Positions 48,421 to 58,280 of a stretch of DNA of 64,000 nucleotides are shown here, in pieces. Positions within the stretch are counted from its first letter, which is position 1, and every line of letters starts with the position of its first letter. A model generated the notes under the pieces. The model was given only the letters and a program-made list of their open reading frames with translations, was not told where the DNA came from and searched no databases. The translations under genes and the position numbers were made by a program. The DNA lies in the NCBI GenBank assembly GCA_964473825.1, contig CAYYQL010000011.1, forward strand, positions 1 through 64,000, written 5' to 3'. Source of the DNA: an uncultured archaeon. Lineage in GTDB: Archaea > Asgardarchaeota > Thorarchaeia > Thorarchaeales > Thorarchaeaceae.

Positions 48421-50274
48421 TCACACAGAGAATTCGGAAACTTGGAGTTCCGACTTCCTGCTGAAGATGAAGTAGACGGGGACCGCTGCAAGAAGCGTGA
48501 CCAAAATCAAGAACATAATCATGATTGCCATTGCGGCGGGTAGATACAACACTGAGGGAACTGCAGCCTCGGGAACGAGGAAATACACACTGAACAGTGT
48601 CGCAGCAAAGACTGCGGGCACTCCCGACTTGAGGCCCATATCCAGACCCTCTGCAATCATGGTCTTGGCCACAAACTCTGGACTCGCACCAATACTCTGC
48701 ATGATCTTGTAGTCACGAAACCTGGCGAATACAGATACTAATAGGTAGTTCATTAGGTTGAACAATGCGCCAACAAGTGCCATGACGGATAAGGGCTGCA
48801 GCAGGAACCATATATCGTGAACAATCCCCAAGTTGGCATCGAGTACCTCATTCTGAAGATAGATGTCAAAGCCATAGCTCTCAACCAAGTTGCCAATACT
48901 GGAGATGGCCTCATCAGAATAGGAGGCAACATGTAGGAGAAGGAGATTGGATCCATTCAGACCTAGAACAGTCTGTAAGGTGGACAGTTCTACCATTGCA
49001 ACCATTCCGCCGTTTGCCAGTTCAAAAGCGACAGCTTGAACATCGAACGCAAACCCGCCGAATTCAAGACTCTGCACAAGAGGATCCTCGTAGAGCTCTT
49101 TCGCCATTCTGCCCCCAATCCAAGCTTGATTGATGGCGCTTGGGCGAAACCCTTCAAAATACCAGCTCGATTGAGTCGACTCCCAATCGATTCCCATTAT
49201 GAGAGCTGAGCCAGTTCGGTTTTTGCCAACCCACTCGTACTCATCAGTTGTTGGGTTCCTAATGATGCCGGGTAGCTCCCTCACCGCAGTGTAGTGGGCC
49301 AATCGGGATTCAAATGACTCCACGTATCTATTCTCGTCAAGAGCCTGAATGAGGGGCGCAGGTAGGATTGATTCGTTCCCAATAAACGAAAATGTTGAGG
49401 TGAGTTCTGAGCCAGTCAAGGTGTACGCATCATAGTATTGATGGAGTAGTTCAGGATTTCCAACGGCTATAACATTGGTTCCCATTGACCGAGTTATGTA
49501 TGCATCTGTGGTGGTCTCAACAACTCCTCCACCAATCCAGATTACAGATGCAATCGTCACCCCCAAGAACAGAGAGAGAAGCGTTCGCCTCATGCCTCTC
49601 ACACGGCGTCCTGTTCCCCTCGTAGCAATCCTAAAAGGTAGACCAAAGGAATCGAACAGCCCAACTTGTCGCACACGATTTCCAACATCAGGATTCAGAG
49701 TCGAGATGGGCGACTCTTGCACTGCGTCATAGATGGGTTTCTGAGCCGCAAAATACCCAGAGAAGAGATAGATGCCGGCCAAGAGACCGATTTGTAGGAA
49801 CGGAAACTGAAAGGTGTACTGAAGGCCCGGTGCTACAGAAGCCAGCCAACTCATCCCGAGAAGATAGAACAGTGTTCCAAAGGCGGTTCCCAGGACTATG
49901 CTTACGAGGAGCAATATCACGGCCTGAGCCATGAAATGATCAAAAATCGTATCCATCAGAGTGCCAATCGATTTCATGAGCGCAATATCCTTCCTTCTGG
50001 TGACCATTTCCATTGAGATTGTACTGGACACGACAACTGCGCCGAGTATGATTACGAGAAGCAAGGTTGTCCAGATGAAGGCTTCAAAGAACACTCTCAA
50101 GGACTGCATTAGGCCAGTTGATGTGTAGAAGAGTGTGATGTCAAGCAGCGAGTTAGCGAAGAGGAATAGAAAAACTGTCGAAGTCATAGATGAGGTCATA
50201 GAGAGAAGAATGACACTCGTTCGAAATGGTCTTCTCTTCAGGTCCTTGCTGGCATAGTCTTGAGCGTTACTCAA
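48421..50274 (-). CDS. FtsX-like ABC permease (two FtsX domains)
   Basis: RRKDIALMKSIG and RFRDYKIMQSIGA repeats; large extracytoplasmic loop. Confidence 0.88.
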   Translation of the reverse strand: MSNAQDYASKDLKRRPFRTSVILLSMTSSMTSTVFLFLFANSLLDITLFYTSTGLMQSLRVFFEAFIWTTLLLVIILGAVVVSSTISMEMVTRRKDIALMKSIGTLMDTIFDHFMAQAVILLLVSIVLGTAFGTLFYLLGMSWLASVAPGLQYTFQFPFLQIGLLAGIYLFSGYFAAQKPIYDAVQESPISTLNPDVGNRVRQVGLFDSFGLPFRIATRGTGRRVRGMRRTLLSLFLGVTIASVIWIGGGVVETTTDAYITRSMGTNVIAVGNPELLHQYYDAYTLTGSELTSTFSFIGNESILPAPLIQALDENRYVESFESRLAHYTAVRELPGIIRNPTTDEYEWVGKNRTGSALIMGIDWESTQSSWYFEGFRPSAINQAWIGGRMAKELYEDPLVQSLEFGGFAFDVQAVAFELANGGMVAMVELSTLQTVLGLNGSNLLLLHVASYSDEAISSIGNLVESYGFDIYLQNEVLDANLGIVHDIWFLLQPLSVMALVGALFNLMNYLLVSVFARFRDYKIMQSIGASPEFVAKTMIAEGLDMGLKSGVPAVFAATLFSVYFLVPEAAVPSVLYLPAAMAIMIMFLILVTLLAAVPVYFIFSRKSELQVSEFSV

Positions 50275-51016
50275 TTGAAGACAACTCCCCCTTGGTCATG
50301 GTGAACTTCCTTGTACCAGAGTGCGAAATGATATCTTGGTCATGAGTCATAACGATGATGGTCTTCCCTTTTTCATTCAGCTCGGAGAGCAACGCGCGAA
50401 TCATCTGTGCACTCTCTGTATCCAAGTTTGCAGTAGGTTCATCAGCAAGAATCACGGGAGGATCATTTGCAATAGCTCGTGCAATTGCGACTCTCTGTTG
50501 TTCTCCAGAGCTCAGCTGCCACGGAAGATGATCAGCACGATCCTCAAGCCCCACCACGCCGAGTAGCCGATGTGCCTCCTCTCGTAACTCAGATACGGGT
50601 TTGTCTTGCAGCTGCATAGGAAACATGATATTCTCGATTGCAGTTAGTGTCGATATCAGATTGTAACTCTGAAAGATGAAACCAGTGTTTGCAAGACGAA
50701 AAGTGGCTCTGAAGGTTTCATCATAGTCGCCTATCGGTACATCCATCACAAGAACTCGTCCAGATGTAGCTAGATCAATGCACCCGATGATGTTCAGCAG
50801 TGTTGTCTTCCCCGAACCGGACGGACCATGTACCACGACATAATCCCCGCTCTTCACTTGCAGACTCACGTTTTCTAGAGCTCTGATTTCTCGATTACCA
50901 AGACTATACGTTCGAGATACCTCTTTCAGACGAACCGCATAGTCGACGTCATCATGGTCTTCGACATCGAGATCATCTACCGCTTCATCGAATCCTAGGA
51001 ATGCCTCATCAACCAT
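50267..51016 (-). CDS. ABC ATPase (LolD/MacB type)
   Basis: GPSGSGKTT, LSSGEQQRVAIARA, DEPTANLD. Confidence 0.95.
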   Translation of the reverse strand: MVDEAFLGFDEAVDDLDVEDHDDVDYAVRLKEVSRTYSLGNREIRALENVSLQVKSGDYVVVHGPSGSGKTTLLNIIGCIDLATSGRVLVMDVPIGDYDETFRATFRLANTGFIFQSYNLISTLTAIENIMFPMQLQDKPVSELREEAHRLLGVVGLEDRADHLPWQLSSGEQQRVAIARAIANDPPVILADEPTANLDTESAQMIRALLSELNEKGKTIIVMTHDQDIISHSGTRKFTMTKGELSSIE

Positions 51017-51140
51017 TGGGATAGCCTCTATATCTGCTCAATCGATTAGCCTTGAACAGTGATGAATTCACTGGTCTCCTCACTTGGCCACTTTCCTATA
51101 GAAATAAGGGTAGAGATAGGACAAACACCGTACCAAGCTA

Positions 51141-51923
51141 CTATTGGATTATTGAAAGTAAGGTGGGGAGTTCTGCACGGGCCCAATCAGTCAACACCAG
51201 CGGCTTCTCTCTGCCAAATACCCGAATATATCCTAAGATTCCGTCATCCAGAAGATTGCTTGTGTAATAAGAAACCAAGCTCTTGTCGAGTTCGAGATTT
51301 CGACTCAGTTCAGCCTGCGTTATTCGACCGACTGCAAGAATCTCCCGAAGAATCGTTCGAGCGGTTGGGTTTCGTAGGACTGATGTCAGGTGAAGCACCT
51401 TGGCATCGGACGAGAAGTCCGAGAGGAAGAAATGCTTGGTGTTTCCTGATTTATGAGATTCTACCAAACACTCAGCCTCTAAGTTACGAAGATGGTATTG
51501 CAGAGCGCCCATTGCACAATCTACAGTCCGCTTCAACTCGCGTAGGTGAATGCCTGGTTGGTCAGCTATCTCCGCAACCACTCGGTCACGCAGCTTTGCA
51601 TTATTACGCTCACGCTTCTCTGTTGCTACCGTCCCGATTGCCACAGCAAACAACCCAGACACTGAGGCAGTGCCTCCAGTCCAAGAGAAAGCATCCATTG
51701 TGCTAAACTGCATCTGGACTGTGCTTATCGTCGAGTTCCAGAGACTACTCGGCCCTGAGCTATCGGAGAAAGCGAGATCTTGAACAGCGAGAGATTGCTC
51801 TCCGGATTGCATCTGAACGAGGTAGATACCCACCATTCCGGTTGTAAGCAAGAAAAATGCAACTGCAGCTATGATCTGCTTCGTCGACCCGCCATTCATG
51901 GTATAGACCAGGCTCACTATCAC
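51141..51923 (-). CDS. Membrane-tethered double winged-helix regulator
   Basis: N-terminal TM segments; PGIHLREL...GALQYHLRNL; ITQAELSRNL..SLVSYY. Confidence 0.82.
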   Translation of the reverse strand: MIVSLVYTMNGGSTKQIIAAVAFFLLTTGMVGIYLVQMQSGEQSLAVQDLAFSDSSGPSSLWNSTISTVQMQFSTMDAFSWTGGTASVSGLFAVAIGTVATEKRERNNAKLRDRVVAEIADQPGIHLRELKRTVDCAMGALQYHLRNLEAECLVESHKSGNTKHFFLSDFSSDAKVLHLTSVLRNPTARTILREILAVGRITQAELSRNLELDKSLVSYYTSNLLDDGILGYIRVFGREKPLVLTDWARAELPTLLSIIQ

Positions 51924-51991
51924 AGATTACTAGTTAAAGCTTGGTTTCGGTGAAAGGATGTACTAGCTCTGAGAAAAGGAAGATAGGACTT

Positions 51992-52540
51992 CTAGCCACG
52001 TGCAGGATAAGACATTGTTATCTTGAAAGAACAGGCCTCAGCTCCCGTCGACATGCACTTTTCTTCGGCCACCACAAGCTTCTCATACTCGATCCGATTG
52101 AAGTCGGTCAGGTATTCAAGGACAGCCTCGATGAATCCTTTCAGGAAATAACATGTAGGTTCAGCACTGTCAATTCCAGCAGCGTAAGGGTTGTCTCTAA
52201 TCTCAATGACTGCCTCCTCGTCAAGAAAGAGCTTGTACAGCTTCTCTATCTTGATATCACCAAAGGGGACAATGAGGGTCTCCATAGCCATCTTGATGAA
52301 CTCGATTATCCCTTTGAAGTCCCCGGGAGGGTTCTGATTGCCTATTTTGAAGTATTCGCGTTGTGCCTCTAGACCAGCAAGTCGCCCCGCGCTATAATAG
52401 AGATCTTTTGTCTTCTCTGGAAACATCACCTCGATGCGATTCCCAATTTTCGTCCAGGTCTTGCTAAAGAAGGCGCGCATCAGTTCTCTCTCTTTAAGGC
52501 GACCTTGCCACCATTCTATGACTTTGTGTTCCTTCGACAT
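51992..52540 (-). CDS. V4R domain protein
   Basis: LYYSAGRLAG, PFGD, NPYA..PTCYFLKGFIE, EEKCMSTGAEACSF. Confidence 0.88.
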   Translation of the reverse strand: MSKEHKVIEWWQGRLKERELMRAFFSKTWTKIGNRIEVMFPEKTKDLYYSAGRLAGLEAQREYFKIGNQNPPGDFKGIIEFIKMAMETLIVPFGDIKIEKLYKLFLDEEAVIEIRDNPYAAGIDSAEPTCYFLKGFIEAVLEYLTDFNRIEYEKLVVAEEKCMSTGAEACSFKITMSYPARG

Positions 52541-52604
52541 ACTGGAGCTCACCAATTAGTGATACTCTTAGCTCGTAGTTGGTTAAGTTTCTTGTCATGA
52601 TGTG

Positions 52605-53078
52605 CTAGACAAGACGCACATTCCACGTACACTCATCGGCACCAGTTGCTCGACATGACTCCTCAAAGACCTTTGCGTCCACTCCCTTGAATTGAAGAAT
52701 CGACTGAAGGATTCCACTGAAGGCCTCACAGTATCCGAAACCTCGCATTCCCTCCAGATTCACCTCTTGACACCATATGCAAGAGTCATCCCTGACTCTC
52801 ACAGATCCTCGAGCAGACTCCATATCCACCTCCGAAGGCTTCTTGTCAAACAGGACCTTGAAAATAACCTCAATGAGCTTTGAAACGTCTTCTCGAGTCG
52901 TGATGGTTTCTTTGGTCTTGTCAACAATCTCTGTTGTAAGATAGATTTGCTGAGCCATTTCACCACCAAGTGCCCTGAGTCTTTCGTTCGCTTCTTCCAC
53001 ATTGTTTGTGGATTTCAGGATGTCGTCAACCATCTTGGAGTAAATGGATAAGAACAACGGATTCTCTATTTTGGCCAT
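52605..53078 (-). CDS. Bet3/TRAPPC3-like V4R protein
   Basis: IENPLFLSIYSKMVDDIL...ANERLRALG; CIWC, YCEAFSG, ESCRATGADEC. Confidence 0.82.
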   Translation of the reverse strand: MAKIENPLFLSIYSKMVDDILKSTNNVEEANERLRALGGEMAQQIYLTTEIVDKTKETITTREDVSKLIEVIFKVLFDKKPSEVDMESARGSVRVRDDSCIWCQEVNLEGMRGFGYCEAFSGILQSILQFKGVDAKVFEESCRATGADECTWNVRLV

Positions 53079-53110
53079 TGAAATCAAACCTCTTCTAGTA
53101 ATCTGTACAC

Positions 53111-54106
53111 CTAGATAGTCTTGCCAACCATCTGCATACCATGTCGTCTGTATTGCGCCAGTACTTGGATGACTCGTGGCAGAGGCACTCCAGTAGCCTT
53201 CGCAATCTGCTCGGGAGTCTTTGTGCCATCACAGAGCTCGACAATTGGTGCATCTTCAGGACTTATTTTTGATGCATCCCCTGTGAACTTCGGCACCTTC
53301 ACAAACCGGCCAAAACCGCCCTCTTCCTCATCGGCCGTTTCAGACGGGGACCTTCGAGGTGCACTCACTATGCCCTTTGATGCGGCCCATTTCAGAAGAT
53401 CTATGACACGCTCAATCGGCTGGAACATGGATTCTGCTATGTCTCGAACGGAGATGTTTCCATCCACCAACATCAAAACATCAAACCCAAAATTCCTGTA
53501 GACCTTCTTCATCTCACCATACAGATTGGAATCCAGAGACAGAGCCTTTGCATAGGCTTCGCCTCTGCCAGGTACTGATGATGAATTAAGATGAAAATCA
53601 CTGGGCGACAGCTCTTCGGGTTCTGCCTGCGCCGCAGGTTCAGATTCTTCAATAGTGGTTGTGCCGGGCTCAGACGGACCCGGGCTCGGGGCAGTTACTT
53701 CGGTTGATGCCGCCTGGATGGCGATGCTCTCCAAGACCTCTAGGTTCCCCTCAGCAGATTCCTCGAAATCTTCGGGTGGAGGTGGGAGCTCGATTCCCTC
53801 AAGAAGACGAAGAACATTCTTTGTCTTTGCAATTGCAAGACCAAGCTGAAGCTCAGGTACATAGAGGACTGTCAAAATCCAATTCTCGTCAACAGGAGCC
53901 AAGACGACAAGACCTTGTTCGGTGTCAATGGTCATGAGCCTCAAATCAGACTTGTAGAGATTGATGCTATCCTTCACTCGAGGAAATAGCTCTTCTGGAA
54001 AGGAGAAACTGACAAAAGGGCGACCATTCTTGGTCATCAACGAGTATCCCAAGACCTGGTCATCGAAACGCAATTTCGACAGAGCTCTTTCTAGATCACT
54101 TGCCAA
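53111..54106 (-). CDS. Roadblock domain + Pro/Glu linker + tandem winged-helix protein
   Basis: VLGYSLMTKNG...QLGLAI; LVDGNISVRDIA; LCDGTKTPEQIA; GAGGTG SD before TTG 54106. Confidence 0.78.
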   Translation of the reverse strand: MASDLERALSKLRFDDQVLGYSLMTKNGRPFVSFSFPEELFPRVKDSINLYKSDLRLMTIDTEQGLVVLAPVDENWILTVLYVPELQLGLAIAKTKNVLRLLEGIELPPPPEDFEESAEGNLEVLESIAIQAASTEVTAPSPGPSEPGTTTIEESEPAAQAEPEELSPSDFHLNSSSVPGRGEAYAKALSLDSNLYGEMKKVYRNFGFDVLMLVDGNISVRDIAESMFQPIERVIDLLKWAASKGIVSAPRRSPSETADEEEGGFGRFVKVPKFTGDASKISPEDAPIVELCDGTKTPEQIAKATGVPLPRVIQVLAQYRRHGMQMVGKTI

Positions 54107-54515
54107 TCTTCTACACCTCACATTCGCTGACGAGACTTGTCCTTCAACAATCAGAAAGTCCGTAGTAGTCTGAAAAGCATTGTGGTATTCAGCACAAATT
54201 CCAGGGAGAGTGACTAGATACGACACGAGCGTTTCCTAGCACATGGATCCTGACTCAGAGGGGGTCTACACGCTATTTTGGCACGAGAAGCATTAAGAAG
54301 TATTCTGGTACGTACGCCGAGTGTTACCGTTCGTCACGAGTCGGAAGAACCTAGACAGTCCAAAAGTATACCTCCAAAATGGGTACTTGAATAAGCCTTC
54401 TCACTGAACTGCACCTTCATGGTTTCGATTTTGGACACGTTGGGCCAAGCAGACCATCTATCTTTATTTCGAACCGAACACCTATCAAACTCAACACTCT
54501 AGCGGTGCGAAAATC

Positions 54516-55085
54516 ATGAAGAACTTCATTGGTGCTTTCCTCGGATTCGTCGTTGGTTCACTTGCACTCTGGGCTTCAGGACTTGAAATCCCCCAATATC
54601 CATCACCTTATGGCATCATTGGCATTCTCTTGGCAGCAGCAACAGCTCTCTTGAACACATTCTCAATTATAGCCTCAGGAATCGGCATCCTGGAACACAT
54701 AACTGCTTGGCTACTGATCGGACTGGCCTCCGGACTGCTTTCAAAAGGCAAGTGGAACAACGTGAGGACCTCGGTGTGGATTGGCATCATCATTGGGGTT
54801 CTGCATGTCGCATCGAAACTGCTACTCAATCCTAGCTTCTGGAATCAGAGCGATAGAAACCTGGTGATCCTCCTCTCTTTCGTTGTTGTTCTGCCTACTT
54901 CACAAATCACACTGGTTTCTTCAATTCCAGTTTCGTATCTAGTAAGAAGAATCAGGGCAGACGAACCCCCGCAGGCACCCGAAAGGATAGAAACAAGATG
55001 TCAGTGCGGTGCGGTCTTTAAGTCAAATCCTATGATATGCTCGGAGTGTGGCATGATTCTGGAGCAGAATAATAATGGAAGTTGA
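54516..55085 (+). CDS. 4-TM membrane protein with C-terminal Zn ribbon
   Basis: Hydrophobic helices; CQCG...CSECG. Confidence 0.82.
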   Translation: MKNFIGAFLGFVVGSLALWASGLEIPQYPSPYGIIGILLAAATALLNTFSIIASGIGILEHITAWLLIGLASGLLSKGKWNNVRTSVWIGIIIGVLHVASKLLLNPSFWNQSDRNLVILLSFVVVLPTSQITLVSSIPVSYLVRRIRADEPPQAPERIETRCQCGAVFKSNPMICSECGMILEQNNNGS

Positions 55086-55092
55086 GCGAGTG

Positions 55093-55593
55093 CTAACGTT
55101 TTCTGGTGATGGCGCCTCCAAGCAGCCCACCGATTATCGCTGCTATTGAAGGATAGAGCATACCCTCAAGAACAAACTGCAGAAGCAGTAGCGAAGGTCC
55201 ACCAAGTATCTGCGATACATCCGAAGTGCTAATGAAGAATACGAGCAGCCATGTTAGGAAGGCGCCGATGACCACAGCAAACACTGCCGCAAAGATTCCC
55301 CCCACAACGTCACGTGCAAGAAGTCCGGCAAGCAATCCACCCGTCCCCCATGCAAGAGCCATGAGTACAGTGCCACCTTGGGCACCGAATGATAACTGGA
55401 CGCCCAGATGTGGAGGATAAAGGATTGTTCCGATAACAGCAAGTTTGAGTTCGAGATCTGGGCGATTCATGAAGTCTGTGACTATGGAGGGGGCAATCAC
55501 ATCATCCGGAATATAGATGCCGAACGAGAGGATTATGAAGACAACAGCAAAAGTTGTAACCAGACCAACAATGGCACCTATAGCTTGACCCAA
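55093..55593 (-). CDS. 4-TM membrane protein
   Basis: Gly-rich TM helices (AWGTGGLLAGLL, IIGGLLGG); GGAGG SD before TTG. Confidence 0.82.
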   Translation of the reverse strand: MGQAIGAIVGLVTTFAVVFIILSFGIYIPDDVIAPSIVTDFMNRPDLELKLAVIGTILYPPHLGVQLSFGAQGGTVLMALAWGTGGLLAGLLARDVVGGIFAAVFAVVIGAFLTWLLVFFISTSDVSQILGGPSLLLLQFVLEGMLYPSIAAIIGGLLGGAITRKR

Positions 55594-55670
55594 CGAATAG
55601 CCTCCGAGGAATATCTACTACCTCGTCACTCATCCTCTTCTTTTATACATACGCCATTCTGAACCAGAGT

Positions 55671-56177
55671 TCAGGCAGTCTTATGGATTGTCCATGTGCA
55701 AGTGGAGTCGCCCAGAGCTCTGCATGATTCTTGATAAGCATCGCCCTGAAAGCCGCGAAGATCTAGTACAGCCTGAAACACACCGCTGATCAGATTGCAG
55801 TATTGTAGCCCCGGCATGTCAGTGATCTCTACTCCCTCACACAGTGGACAGTCATCATCGGAGAACTTGATTGTCTGCTTATCATCACTTACCCATGTAC
55901 TTGTGAAGTCCTGCCCAGAGTTCACCTTGTATGCGAGTTGGAGCGTAGAACCAAACTCATGGAACTCGGATGCATGCTGACGGATTCGCTCAGCGTAGTC
56001 CATTAGAAGATGCTCTCCAACTTTGAACCCCAAGTCCTTTAACTTATGATTGATCTCATCGACGTTATCACTAGTCTTAATGAGGAAGTTCATCATCTCT
56101 CGATAGATTGCCTGAAATAGCGGTTTTGAAACCTTGTCAATTTTCAATGCCCAAGCCAGTTTTCCCTTGATACCCAT
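55671..56177 (-). CDS. Bet3/TRAPPC3-like V4R protein
   Basis: KVSKPLFQAIYREMMNFL...INHKLKDLGFKVGEHLL; CPLC, YCNLISG, ESCRALGDSTC. Confidence 0.85.
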   Translation of the reverse strand: MGIKGKLAWALKIDKVSKPLFQAIYREMMNFLIKTSDNVDEINHKLKDLGFKVGEHLLMDYAERIRQHASEFHEFGSTLQLAYKVNSGQDFTSTWVSDDKQTIKFSDDDCPLCEGVEITDMPGLQYCNLISGVFQAVLDLRGFQGDAYQESCRALGDSTCTWTIHKTA

Positions 56178-56181
56178 ACTT

Positions 56182-57105
56182 TCACTGTCCTTTTACGAAT
56201 TTGTCTCGTTTCACATAACGCAGAGTCTTGCCCTTGTACGGCAAAGTGCTCTGCAAAGCCTCAAAATACTGGATGCCCAGTCGCGCTGCAATCTCATGCA
56301 GAGTATTGGCGCCAGTACATAGCTCTAGTACCCGCCGATGCTCCCTTTTCGCCTTTTCTATGGAGCCCTCGTAAAGCGGAACTTCCACTATCTCTCGAGT
56401 GCCCGACTCCTGTTCTTCTGGACACTCAGCTTCCAAAATCCTCTTTGAAACACACCAACGCAATGCTTCGACGACACTCTCAACATTCTTGCCAAGAATC
56501 TCTGCAATCTTGAAGGCGGTTCGCTTCTCGTCCACCATCAGAAGAATGTCCGTTCCTAGACCTGAATGCTCCGCTTTGAGAAGACGACTCAGCTCCGAGT
56601 CCATACTTGCCGCATCATTGTATCGTGGTCCCCGAAATATGAGACACCCGTGACCCATCTCAACCTCGTCGATGGGAACCTCTTGAATGCCCTCCTTGCT
56701 GGGTTCTGGAGATTCAGGCAGTTGTGGTTCAGGTTCGGCTGCGTCCATCTCTGTTTCAATCGGCTGCTGGGTTGTGGGAGTGGGAGGAGCAGGAAGCTCT
56801 ACCTCTTTGAGCAATTCCACAACATCTTGTGTTCGCTTCAGTGCGATACCCAGCTGCAGGTCAGTGAAGTTCACAGCCAAGACCCAGTCGGGGTTTATGC
56901 GTGCAAGAATCACAATCCCCTCTCCAGTCATGACATTCATCATTCTCAGTGAAGAGGAATGAATCTCCATTGTGCCCTGAATCAGAGGAAGGGCATGTTC
57001 GGGAAGTGCAAATGATAGGAATGGAGAGCCATCATCGGTTAGGAGGGCATACCCACTGACTGCTTCATCGAACTTGAGCTTCGTGAGTACTCTCTCTAGA
57101 TCCAA
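56182..57105 (-). CDS. Roadblock domain + Pro/Glu linker + tandem winged-helix protein (paralog of 53111-54106)
   Basis: VSGYALLTDDG...QLGIAL; MVDEKRTAFKIA; LCTGANTLHEIA. Confidence 0.8.
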   Translation of the reverse strand: MDLERVLTKLKFDEAVSGYALLTDDGSPFLSFALPEHALPLIQGTMEIHSSSLRMMNVMTGEGIVILARINPDWVLAVNFTDLQLGIALKRTQDVVELLKEVELPAPPTPTTQQPIETEMDAAEPEPQLPESPEPSKEGIQEVPIDEVEMGHGCLIFRGPRYNDAASMDSELSRLLKAEHSGLGTDILLMVDEKRTAFKIAEILGKNVESVVEALRWCVSKRILEAECPEEQESGTREIVEVPLYEGSIEKAKREHRRVLELCTGANTLHEIAARLGIQYFEALQSTLPYKGKTLRYVKRDKFVKGQ

Positions 57106-57150
57106 CTTGCGAATACCATCCAGTACCTTATAGAGGCGGGTTTTACCTGC

Positions 57151-58257
57151 TCAATAGGACATAAGTAACTTCTTACCACGTTTAGAGACTGAAGGATTTG
57201 ACTCGAGAAAGGCTACCAAGTTATCAGGTGATGGATGAGAGGCGTCTGAAGAGGCCACATACAGAGCAGCGACCCCATTGGCAAGCGAGAGACGGTCTCG
57301 AGCTTCTAGTTCTAAGAGTGTTCCATAGATATCTCCTGCATTCCAAGCATCCCCAGCCCCGCATATGACTCGACTCTCAACATCGAATACGGGAACACCT
57401 GTAACTGAACCTCCCTCAACGGTTGCGGCATAGTAAGGCGTGTGCAGGTCCACGCGAACCCCGGTCTTCCCGGACACCATCTCAGCAGCGATGAGCCATT
57501 CCTCAGGGTCGTTGATTGCCCGCATCCACTTCTTGTCGCTAGATAGAACATGAGCAAACCAGCAAATCTCGTTCTCATTCGCCCCCAAGATGTCGACCAA
57601 GCCATTAGCAAGAACCTTGGTCGCAAGCGGTTTCACAATCTCTGGATTGCCAGAAGGGTCGCCCATGTCCATGAATGTAACAGCAGCGGACTCCTCCCGA
57701 ACAAAAGAGAAGAGGTCAAGTGCCAGAGTAGCAGCTTCAAGATTGTGATTGAGACAGAGCAGACCGACCAGCCCAGACTTGCGAATTGCATTCTTCTCCG
57801 ACGCTTGGAGGTCTCTGAAAGAGAAATCCGCAGCCGATCCACTGTCGCTCATCATCAGGTTGACTCGGCGCCCCCTGTAATCTACTTCCAGAGAAACGGT
57901 AGACGAGAGTATTCCATCACTCTTGACATGTGAGAGATCTAGAGCAGGCGGAGCCATCTCGCGAAGTAGACGGGATCCCTGTGCGTCAGTCTTTACAATC
58001 AAAACAGGATCGACTCCAAGGGAGAGTAGTGCAGATGAAGTATTGACAGCATTCCCTCCGCGACGAAGGAACTGAGACGTGCCAATGAGATTACCCCCTC
58101 CTTGAGCCGCAAGCTGCTTCAGTTGGGTATCAAAGCTTGCAAAATCATCTGCTATGACAAAGTGATCAATAAAGAAGTCTGGCAGCAATACGGGTGGTTT
58201 GGTTTCACGGCCTTCTCGTAAGACTTGCACGAGCCGGCCATAATCCAGCTCCTGCAT
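57151..58257 (-). CDS. PfkB family carbohydrate kinase
   Basis: GGNAVNT, FMDMGDP, NENE, GAGDAWNAG. Confidence 0.88.
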   Translation of the reverse strand: MQELDYGRLVQVLREGRETKPPVLLPDFFIDHFVIADDFASFDTQLKQLAAQGGGNLIGTSQFLRRGGNAVNTSSALLSLGVDPVLIVKTDAQGSRLLREMAPPALDLSHVKSDGILSSTVSLEVDYRGRRVNLMMSDSGSAADFSFRDLQASEKNAIRKSGLVGLLCLNHNLEAATLALDLFSFVREESAAVTFMDMGDPSGNPEIVKPLATKVLANGLVDILGANENEICWFAHVLSSDKKWMRAINDPEEWLIAAEMVSGKTGVRVDLHTPYYAATVEGGSVTGVPVFDVESRVICGAGDAWNAGDIYGTLLELEARDRLSLANGVAALYVASSDASHPSPDNLVAFLESNPSVSKRGKKLLMSY

Positions 58258-58280
58258 GTTTCGACCCTCTTCTGGTCGGT

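Noticed and set aside
51059-51706. 215-aa + strand ORF
   Set aside because: Antisense to the wHTH regulator, no motifs
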